Shown piece after piece: positions 1 to 7,570 of a stretch of DNA of 43,684 nucleotides. The stretch is from a virus (lineage: Duplodnaviria > Caudoviricetes), in the IMG/VR virus record IMGVR_UViG_3300042868_009174, positions 1 through 43,684 of that record; one strand, 5' to 3'. The notes beneath the pieces were generated by a model, which was given only the letters and a program-made list of their open reading frames with translations, was not told where the DNA came from and did not search any database. A program made the position numbers and the translations under genes. How positions within the stretch are numbered: the first letter of the stretch is position 1; each line of letters starts with the position of its first letter.

Positions 1-341
1 CCTGTCTTAATTGTACAACTTGTAATTGCTGCTGCTTCAATAAATGCAATTGCATCTGCATCTGTTATTACACAACTAGTTGATGTAGACGTAGATGTAG
101 AAGAAGACGATGTAGAAGAAGACGTACTTGTAGATGTAGAGGAAGAAGACGTACTACTTGATGTAGAAGAAGAGGACGTGGAAGAAGATGTGCTAGTGGT
201 TGTACTAGATGTAGGACCTCCTCCGGGAAGATTACTCAACTTCACTTTCTTATAACATCCTGTTCCATCATCCACAAGAACATACCAATTTCCATTAGGA
301 GATGTACTCTCTGGATAATCGTTTATTGTTTTATTAGCCAT
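1..341 (-). CDS. Partial Ser/Thr-rich putative virion protein (runs off the left edge; not in the ORF track)
   Basis: ATG at 341 reads MANKTINDYPESTSPNGNWYVLVDDGTGCYKKVKLSNLPGGGP, then about 45 S/T residues, then CVITDADAIAFIEAAAITSCTIKT. No stop before the window edge. Confidence 0.85.
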   Translation of the reverse strand, partial: MANKTINDYPESTSPNGNWYVLVDDGTGCYKKVKLSNLPGGGPTSSTTTSTSSSTSSSSTSSSTSSSSTSTSTSSSTSSSSTSTSTSTSCVITDADAIAFIEAAAITSCTIKT

Positions 342-391
342 GTTGCGCTATTTTATATAGAAATGTCACGTTATTAGTATAACAGATGGTT

Positions 392-445
392 TAAAGATAT
401 GTAATAAGTTTGTAACTTATTAAGTTACTATAACTCAACAGATTA
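392..445 (-). promoter_or_regulatory. Putative promoter (variant -7 element TATCTTTA) with upstream palindromes and the shared 20-bp motif
   Basis: Minus-strand TATCTTTA at 392-399. Palindrome GTAACTTA-T-TAAGTTAC at 412-428. Shared motif at 426-445. Confidence 0.5.
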
Positions 446-562
446 TCCTTGTCCTCTATACTTAGAGATGTGTTTATCTTTTGGTCCTTTGCGTTTAGCA
501 GCTTTACCTTTGCGTCTTACACCAAACGTAATTTTCTTAAGCTCACTTGTTGATTTTGCCAT
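443..562 (-). CDS. 39-aa Lys/Arg-rich small protein (below the ORF-track cutoff)
   Basis: MAKSTSELKKITFGVRRKGKAAKRKGPKDKHISKYRGQG*. Its ATG overlaps the amidase stop (TAATG). Confidence 0.8.
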   Translation of the reverse strand: MAKSTSELKKITFGVRRKGKAAKRKGPKDKHISKYRGQG

Positions 563-1104
563 TATGGTTTGTTTAAATGTTCTCTAATAATGTATGCTAG
601 CTTTTTAGCTAGTAGTTGTTTACTTCTCTGATAAAGAAGCATGTCTTGAGCATTGCTGATGAAACACACCTCAATAAGAATGTTCTCAGCAGAGGGTCTC
701 ATTATTGCAAGTTTTTTTCTTGCAGTGTCAGTTTCAGGCTTTACACCCCTGTTCTTAAATCCAATACTTGCAATTGTAGAAGCAAGAGCTTCAGCAAATG
801 ATCTCTCATATTGAGAAAACATTTCAGGAATAATCACTTCTGTACCATTAGCAGTAGGATTGGAAGAAGCATTCCAATGTATATCTATAATGACATCTTT
901 AGCGGTGAACTTGCCCTTCAACCAACTTAGCGTTTGTGCCAAATAGTTCTCATTGGCATCCATATTAGGGATGATGTTCAGCTTTCTAAGTTCATTATTA
1001 ACAAGGAAACGAAGCTCAATAGCCAAGTCTCTCTCAATATAAGAGCCACTTACAGCACCGGGGTCTTTGCCCCCATGACCAGCTATTAAAAAAAGTTTTC
1101 TCAT
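562..1104 (-). CDS. N-acetylmuramoyl-L-alanine amidase (Amidase_3 family) endolysin
   Basis: Zn-amidase motifs AGHGGKDPGA, ERDL, IHWNA, GTEV and ILIEVCFISN. Confidence 0.95.
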   Translation of the reverse strand: MRKLFLIAGHGGKDPGAVSGSYIERDLAIELRFLVNNELRKLNIIPNMDANENYLAQTLSWLKGKFTAKDVIIDIHWNASSNPTANGTEVIIPEMFSQYERSFAEALASTIASIGFKNRGVKPETDTARKKLAIMRPSAENILIEVCFISNAQDMLLYQRSKQLLAKKLAYIIREHLNKP

Positions 1105-1709
1105 CTTCCTATTCTTGAGTAGTAGGACACCCCATAAGTGATTCCTATGGGGTGTGTATATCCTATGTTTATACCAAACATTCTTTGTTTCTTATCTTTC
1201 AGTATGCCTCCAAAGTATATACCACTCAAGGAGGTTGTAGAACCTCCTGTCAGTCCTCCTCCCAAATAGAACTCATTCATGGGAGGAAGTGTTTTCTCTA
1301 TTGTTATTGTCCTTTCAGGTATATCCAAGAATGTTTGTATTCCTGTACCTGCAAGTCTGTTTGCTTTGATGGTATCATTAATAATTACATGCCCATAATC
1401 CGCAACATCAAATTTACTTTGGAAATAGTTTGTAGCAAACAATTGATTACCAAGGGCTTCGTATTGTCTAAGAAGTCCTTTATAGGTGCTATCTGGGACA
1501 TATATAATGCTTTCCTTCCACATTGTGTCTCTTGTAGAAGCAATGAAAAGAGTTTCAGAGGGGCCTCTTTGTTCTCTAATCTCTATAATCTTCAACACTG
1601 TATCCTTTGTCACCACTATTTCTTTCTGTGGAGTGACACATTGTTTCCACTGAAGAGCAATCACTGCCAATAGAATTCCTATAATTATATAAGGAAATCC
1701 TTGTTTCAT
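1101..1709 (-). CDS. Membrane-anchored lysis-cassette protein, possibly spanin-like
   Basis: N-terminal hydrophobic helix followed by Cys24. C-terminal Gly/aromatic amphipathic beta-strands. Lies between the holin-like gene and the endolysin with ATGA overlaps. Confidence 0.55.
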   Translation of the reverse strand: MKQGFPYIIIGILLAVIALQWKQCVTPQKEIVVTKDTVLKIIEIREQRGPSETLFIASTRDTMWKESIIYVPDSTYKGLLRQYEALGNQLFATNYFQSKFDVADYGHVIINDTIKANRLAGTGIQTFLDIPERTITIEKTLPPMNEFYLGGGLTGGSTTSLSGIYFGGILKDKKQRMFGINIGYTHPIGITYGVSYYSRIGR

Positions 1710-2017
1710 TTACTGGCTATGTTATATAGCTTTGCAAAGTATTGAATAATAGCACCAAGTGCTACAATAATGCTAATTGTCCAAATAAGCTTCTTCTTAA
1801 ACTCCTCAAACTTCTCCTGCCTTTTCTCCATAGCATCAATTCTCTTTTCCATAGCTTCGATGTTATGAATAAAGCCACCTGTCTTGGTAAGGGGATTACC
1901 AAGAATAGCATCAACCACCTGCGTGAGTTTGGTGTCAATAGAGGTCATTTTGCCCTCCATTTCGGTAAGCCTGTCATCCATTTGCTTCAGTTCTTCTTTG
2001 ATGTCTTTGTCTTCCAT
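1706..2017 (-). CDS. Holin-like protein (coiled coil plus a single C-terminal TM helix)
   Basis: Heptad coiled coil, then KKKLIWTISIIVALGAIIQYF. First gene of the lysis cassette. Confidence 0.6.
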   Translation of the reverse strand: MEDKDIKEELKQMDDRLTEMEGKMTSIDTKLTQVVDAILGNPLTKTGGFIHNIEAMEKRIDAMEKRQEKFEEFKKKLIWTISIIVALGAIIQYFAKLYNIASK

Positions 2018-2038
2018 TGGAGGAGCTGATTTAACAGA

Positions 2039-2073
2039 AATAGCACACCCATGTATATACAGGATGTGCTATT
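2039..2073 (-). promoter_or_regulatory. Stable hairpin between the putative lysis promoter and the holin-like start (leader hairpin or weak terminator)
   Basis: Minus strand AATAGCACATCC-TGTATATACAT-GGGTGTGCTATT gives a 12-bp stem with one GU pair and only a poor U-tract. Confidence 0.6.
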
Positions 2074-2084
2074 GAGTTTAGATA

Positions 2085-2115
2085 CAAATTTAATTTGCTA
2101 ATCAAGAATTACAAT
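2085..2115 (-). promoter_or_regulatory. Bacteroidota housekeeping-sigma promoter for the lysis cassette
   Basis: Perfect -7 element TAAATTTG (2085-2092), with ATTG 19 nt upstream. Consensus is TTTG-N19-21-TAnnTTTG. Confidence 0.65.
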
Positions 2116-2158
2116 GTCATTGATATATTTTTTGTGGATAATATAGCAATATACAGAA

Positions 2159-5100
2159 TTATTGTCCAAATGGTTTTGCTTCTGTACTTGTTCTAATTCC
2201 AAGATCTTTTGCAAGCTCAGGATAGAACATTGGGAGGAATGTAACTCCTTGATAGATGATAGGGAAGGATTTCATGACATATTTTGTGACATGTGTTTTA
2301 TCTTCTAGTTCTTCATTATCAACATTAATAGCGTACAGTTCTGTCATGCTATTTTTAAATAGCTTCATGAAATTTGTAAGGTAGTTAAGAGATGGGAATA
2401 TTCCATTGCTTATCAAACCAAATATACTTTCAGGATTGTAGAAATACAGAAGTTCATCTCTTAGCTTATCCATTGCTCTTATCAAGAACTTGTAACTATT
2501 AATTACTCTTTTGTCTTCATCATCGTCAGGAGCAAATGCTTTTAAACCCATTACAAGAGCAGTGAGTGTCAATAAAATAGCCAATTCCATAATCTGATTC
2601 CTTAGATTAGATCTAACCAAATCCATGAACTCAGATTCTGTCATGTTAAGTTCTTTTCCTGTGTCTTCTTGATACTCTTGTCTTTTCTGTTCCCACAATT
2701 TTCTCATGTATTCTACACCTTCTTCATTTGCTTCAAGAGCATTCTTCATGTTTGTCATACTCTTCCAAAGCTTCCAAGAAAGCATTTTGTATACCATTCT
2801 CATTCTTCCCCACTCATAAGCATCACTTCCTGCATTGTATTTCAGATTACCCAATCTCACATCTACAGGTCTTGGTATCCAGTTTTTGAATACCATGAAT
2901 GATTTTCCAAAAATGTTAAGATTTATGAGTCTTAAATCATCTTCAGAAAGATTACCAAGAGCATCTTTTGTAATTGCTTGCACCTTTCTTCTAAGCTTAA
3001 TTACACTGTCTGACTTTCTATCTACTCCCGGTATATTGAATGTACCATCATCGTTAAGAGTTGCAAGTTTCATTACACCTTTTTCATCTATGAGCTTTTT
3101 TACATCCTCTTCAAACTTTTGTTTTTTGTTAGCTCTGTCAGCAGTTGTTCCTGCATACATGTTTTCATACTCAGGTTGACTTCTCAAATACTCTCTAGCA
3201 TTTACCACTTCTCCATTCTCTATAATTGAGTTATTCAGGAATGCAAAAAAGTTAGCACTTTGTACAGCCCAATCACCATTTCTCATAAGCATCATAGAAA
3301 ACTCTTGAATACTTTGTTGACTTAACTTGCTAAGAGACAATGTTTTAGCAAGTTCTCTATTATAGTTTTCTGTAAGAGGTAGGAAGTATTCAAGAGCTGC
3401 TAGATATTTCTCAGGAACTCTGTTGGTCATTTTGTCAACAGTGACCCACATCACTTCTTTTTCAAATTCTGTTTTTGTATAATATTTTCCAGCATTAATT
3501 GCAGATTGGAATGAACCACCTAAATAGTTAGAGAGAGCAGAGAAAGGGTTAAATCCTAACACAGTGAATTGAAACTGATTGTTCAACTGATCCAATACTC
3601 TGTTAACACTGATTTGTCTACCTTCAAGATTCTCAGGAAATATTTCCATTCCAAGCTTCTCATTTATAAGCTTTCCAAACCCTCCTACCTTTGTTAATAA
3701 TTGATCAAATCCTTCATCATTAATATACTTCTGCTGATAAATAATAGCTTTCATCATGCTTTGGTATATCTTAGAATTCTCATCATTTTTAGGATTGAAT
3801 TTCAATACACCATTCTCATATACTGTTTTTCCATAATAAGAAGTTGCAATAGATTTCTTTTTCTTTTCTACACTAAAAAGAGCTCTTGCTTGATATTCTA
3901 TTTGAGAAAGGTATTTAAACTTAATAGCAAGTTCATTATATAGAGACATTGTTGAGAACAAGTCCTCACTCACCTCTCCATCTATTTCTTTTGTAAGATA
4001 TACAGGGATGGAATCTTTCACTTCTCCAGTCTGTGGATCTACATCTCCATATCCAATGTCTCCTTCATCTATTGATATGGCTCTTAAGAAGTCTTCTCCC
4101 AATCTAATTTTTCCTCCCATTGCTATCTTTTCCATCAAACTCTTTCTCACAAAAGGAAGGAACACTCTTGCTTCAGCTTTACTAATATATCCTATTGATT
4201 GGAAATATTCATTTCTTTCTTTTATGTAATTGTAAAAATCAAGAGCTGGCTTATTTATATATTCTCCTTTACTATCTACTGCGTTAAGCTCTTTCCATTC
4301 TTTAGTCTCCCACGTTTCTCTTTTAGGAGCTTTTTTAACAACATCATATATAAGCCATCCTACAGTGGTGGTAGTGTCAATGTTATATAATTCTCTTGCT
4401 TTCTTGATTTCAGCAGCTTTTTTCTTCTCATCTTCTTCTGTAATAACAGGTCTATTTTCAATACTTTCAATCTCTTCTTTAAGTCGCTCTTTCATTAATT
4501 CTTTAAGGGTCTCTCTATCTGTATTCTTGATTATCCAAGAATAGTCTTTTCTTTCCTGAGCTTTTTTTAGTTCTGAATAGAACTCTCTATCTATCTCGTC
4601 AATTAATTGATTTTTGTCTTTTTTCTTTATAAGCTCATAACGGTTTTTACTTGACAATCCTTTTTTTCTTGCCCATTCATCATACGCTACCCTAAGCTTC
4701 TGTATTTTTCTTGTCTCATCTACGGCTTCCATTGCAGCATATCCAAGCACCCTGTTTGCTTTCTTGAAAAGAGTTTGTACAGCTCTAAGTTGCATTACAG
4801 AAGTGGTGGATAACCATCTTGTCAATCCTTTCACCACCTTTTCAGGAGACATTATATCTTCTGTTTCTTCTCTAGCTGCTACATATCTTTCTACATAATC
4901 TGTTTCTATCTCATCAAGTTTCTTAACAAGTTTTCTAGTTTCATGTGTAGTGGCATTCAATTCTTTGAGCATCTCTTTATCTTCATCAGACAATTCTTTT
5001 CCTTCAAATAAAAAGTCCAAATCTACATCTAGTGAAGAATATGTTCTACTAGCGGAGAGCTGAAGAATTTCCAGTTCTTCATACATCTGACTAATAGCAT

Positions 5101-7570
5101 CGTCTGTTTTATCAGCCACATTTCCGGTTTTCCAATTCTCATTATAATTCTTTACAAGGTTTTGTATAAGTTTGTTGAGAAGTTGGGATTGTTTAATCAA
5201 AGGTTTAACAGACTTCTTCATTTGAAGCTGTCTTATTGCAGAGAACAATGCATTTAATTGACTTGCTTTTTCTCTTTTAGCTTTTTCAGAAGTGGCTTTT
5301 TGTTCTGAAAGCTTTGAGTACAATCCATTGAGCTTAACAAGTAATTCATCAATCTCTTTGCTTCCTGTGGTTTCTTCTTCAAGTCCTACAGGAATTAAAT
5401 AATCTTTGTCAATCAATTCCACTTTAACACCACCTATCTCAATACTTTCTAATGTAGGAAGAATCTTTTCTTTGTAATTAGGTTCTGTATAATATGCTTT
5501 AATAGGAATCATTCTTGTTTGTTCAAAGTTGTTGGCTTTTACACCATATGCTTTTTCAAGAATGAGTTTATATTGTTGCATCTGTTGTCTCCAAGCATTT
5601 ATCTTGTACCAAGGAACATCTTCATACTTGTCTACATTCAGGTCCATGAACTTCCAGTCAAGGATGTTCACCTTTCCATCTTTAGTGATAGCAAGGAAAT
5701 CTATTGTACCTGCAATACCACCTCCTTGTCTTTTCTCATCATATACAATTGCTTCAGACAAGAACCTTGTTCCTTCAGGAAAAGAATTAAGCCTTTCTCT
5801 AAGATTGTCTCTCAGTGTTTCATACATTGTTCTGTCTTCAGGATTTAGAACAGATGTATAGTCATCGTCACTTAGTGGTTCATCTCTCAAGAATCCATTC
5901 TCATCTACAAACAGTTTAAAGGCATTCTCCATATCCTTGTGACCAGATGTTCCCTTTTCTGCTTTCAAATCATTCAAAGCTTTTTGAAAGTCATCATCAG
6001 TGAGCTGCTTTTCTTTAAATCTTCTTGAGTACCAATCACTTACAATATCTGTAACTCTTTTAGAAATCTTTACACCGTTAATGTAATATCCTCTTTTACT
6101 TTCATCAGGGTTATCTTCATCCTTTGATATTTTGTTTCTTATTTCAATAAGCTTATTGTACAGGATGTCTCTTGGAGAATCACTAAGATAGATTTCATCT
6201 TGTGTAGCACGAATGTCTTCTGCACTACCTACGTCTTCTCCAGATATAACTTTTAAAGCAGCTTCATCAAATGCAGATGATGTAATACGTTTTCTAAACC
6301 AATCAAGAATTGCTTCCCACCAACTTAATGTTGTAGCAAGGAGCTCAGGTTTTTCTGTAGTACCTTCTTGTTTCTGAATAATGGTTTCAGCCAACACTTT
6401 TCCTATTGCTTCTTTCTTCAGCTTTAGTACATCAGGCTTTCCATCTTTTTGATAATAAGGATTGTTAGAGTATTCTTTGAATACAGTTTTTAGAATATCG
6501 TATTTGTTTATCTCTTTTAATAATCTATTAAACAATTGAGGATTTGTCTGCTGTATGATTTCAACAAAGAAGTGCATTGCTTCTTCAGGGAGGGTGGTGT
6601 CAGATTTACCTTGAGCCACCTGAATCATCTTCTGTGTAATCAAAGCAACAGCATTGGCATCAAGTTTTTTACCATTTACAACAATGCCTGTCACCTCATT
6701 ATAATCAACACCAATCCTTTTCAAAAACTCCTTGACAAGCTTTATTGTCTTTGGAGAAGCTTTTGAACTCTCTGTTGCTCCTTCTAATTGGAACATTCTT
6801 GCTCCATCTTGTGCATTTGGAGCTATCTTATTCAATGCATCTATAGACGCTCTTGCTTCAATAGCAATCTTGTCATCTGTCAATAAGTCTTTTCCATTTA
6901 TCCAATATACATCCCTGTCATTATTATCAATATGACTTTGTTCATGTAATACTAAAAAAGCATTTACTAAATCACGAGTGGTTAGTGTAGACTTTATTCT
7001 TTCAATAGGCCAGCCCATTTTAGAAAGAGCTCCTAAAACTTTTTGTTTTTGGATAGATGTAGATCCACCTTCTTTACCTTCAAAATAGTCAAAAAATTCT
7101 TGTAAGTTAGTGACAGGATTTATTACAATCTTTTTACCATCTGTACTAGCATATCTTTTTGAACCATCTTTATTCCTTAAGTCTTTATTTGTAGTGTGCT
7201 CAGGAAGATTGAGTTTGGTTTGATCACCTCTATCTTTGGGATCCGTCTTTTCACTTTCTGGAAGTTTTTGATATTCATGTTCAATGTAAGAAGGTTTTAC
7301 ATTCAACATAACTATGACAGGATCATATGGAGAATACTGAATAACATCTCCAACGATTGCATTCTTGAAAGATGATACTACATCTATCAGTTTTTGTTCA
7401 GCAATTTTTTTTGCTTGAGAAAGTGACGTTGCTTTAGATTTAGAATCATCTGCAAGACTGTTTATTCTTATAGTATCGTCTGTAAGACGAGTGAATGTGT
7501 ATCTGCCATCAAACATTTCATCAAATGCTTGATCAAGTATTGCTTTTTTTACATCTAGTCTACAAGCCAT
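2159..7570 (-). CDS. Large virion cargo/ejection protein with a PD-(D/E)XK (RecB-type) nuclease and zincin-like domains
   Basis: GTSGH...GTIDFLAITKDGKVNILDWKF...QQMQQY nuclease motifs. HEQSH...EARA intact metallopeptidase motif. Degenerate EEAMH motif. Hydrophobic C-terminal helices. Coupled to the vRNAP gene. Confidence 0.8.
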   Translation of the reverse strand: MACRLDVKKAILDQAFDEMFDGRYTFTRLTDDTIRINSLADDSKSKATSLSQAKKIAEQKLIDVVSSFKNAIVGDVIQYSPYDPVIVMLNVKPSYIEHEYQKLPESEKTDPKDRGDQTKLNLPEHTTNKDLRNKDGSKRYASTDGKKIVINPVTNLQEFFDYFEGKEGGSTSIQKQKVLGALSKMGWPIERIKSTLTTRDLVNAFLVLHEQSHIDNNDRDVYWINGKDLLTDDKIAIEARASIDALNKIAPNAQDGARMFQLEGATESSKASPKTIKLVKEFLKRIGVDYNEVTGIVVNGKKLDANAVALITQKMIQVAQGKSDTTLPEEAMHFFVEIIQQTNPQLFNRLLKEINKYDILKTVFKEYSNNPYYQKDGKPDVLKLKKEAIGKVLAETIIQKQEGTTEKPELLATTLSWWEAILDWFRKRITSSAFDEAALKVISGEDVGSAEDIRATQDEIYLSDSPRDILYNKLIEIRNKISKDEDNPDESKRGYYINGVKISKRVTDIVSDWYSRRFKEKQLTDDDFQKALNDLKAEKGTSGHKDMENAFKLFVDENGFLRDEPLSDDDYTSVLNPEDRTMYETLRDNLRERLNSFPEGTRFLSEAIVYDEKRQGGGIAGTIDFLAITKDGKVNILDWKFMDLNVDKYEDVPWYKINAWRQQMQQYKLILEKAYGVKANNFEQTRMIPIKAYYTEPNYKEKILPTLESIEIGGVKVELIDKDYLIPVGLEEETTGSKEIDELLVKLNGLYSKLSEQKATSEKAKREKASQLNALFSAIRQLQMKKSVKPLIKQSQLLNKLIQNLVKNYNENWKTGNVADKTDDAISQMYEELEILQLSASRTYSSLDVDLDFLFEGKELSDEDKEMLKELNATTHETRKLVKKLDEIETDYVERYVAAREETEDIMSPEKVVKGLTRWLSTTSVMQLRAVQTLFKKANRVLGYAAMEAVDETRKIQKLRVAYDEWARKKGLSSKNRYELIKKKDKNQLIDEIDREFYSELKKAQERKDYSWIIKNTDRETLKELMKERLKEEIESIENRPVITEEDEKKKAAEIKKARELYNIDTTTTVGWLIYDVVKKAPKRETWETKEWKELNAVDSKGEYINKPALDFYNYIKERNEYFQSIGYISKAEARVFLPFVRKSLMEKIAMGGKIRLGEDFLRAISIDEGDIGYGDVDPQTGEVKDSIPVYLTKEIDGEVSEDLFSTMSLYNELAIKFKYLSQIEYQARALFSVEKKKKSIATSYYGKTVYENGVLKFNPKNDENSKIYQSMMKAIIYQQKYINDEGFDQLLTKVGGFGKLINEKLGMEIFPENLEGRQISVNRVLDQLNNQFQFTVLGFNPFSALSNYLGGSFQSAINAGKYYTKTEFEKEVMWVTVDKMTNRVPEKYLAALEYFLPLTENYNRELAKTLSLSKLSQQSIQEFSMMLMRNGDWAVQSANFFAFLNNSIIENGEVVNAREYLRSQPEYENMYAGTTADRANKKQKFEEDVKKLIDEKGVMKLATLNDDGTFNIPGVDRKSDSVIKLRRKVQAITKDALGNLSEDDLRLINLNIFGKSFMVFKNWIPRPVDVRLGNLKYNAGSDAYEWGRMRMVYKMLSWKLWKSMTNMKNALEANEEGVEYMRKLWEQKRQEYQEDTGKELNMTESEFMDLVRSNLRNQIMELAILLTLTALVMGLKAFAPDDDEDKRVINSYKFLIRAMDKLRDELLYFYNPESIFGLISNGIFPSLNYLTNFMKLFKNSMTELYAINVDNEELEDKTHVTKYVMKSFPIIYQGVTFLPMFYPELAKDLGIRTSTEAKPFGQ

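Noticed and set aside
342-442. tRNA or structured ncRNA in intergenic gaps
   Set aside because: The gaps are short and AT-rich with no cloverleaf or T-loop signature. The palindromes are better explained as DNA sites.
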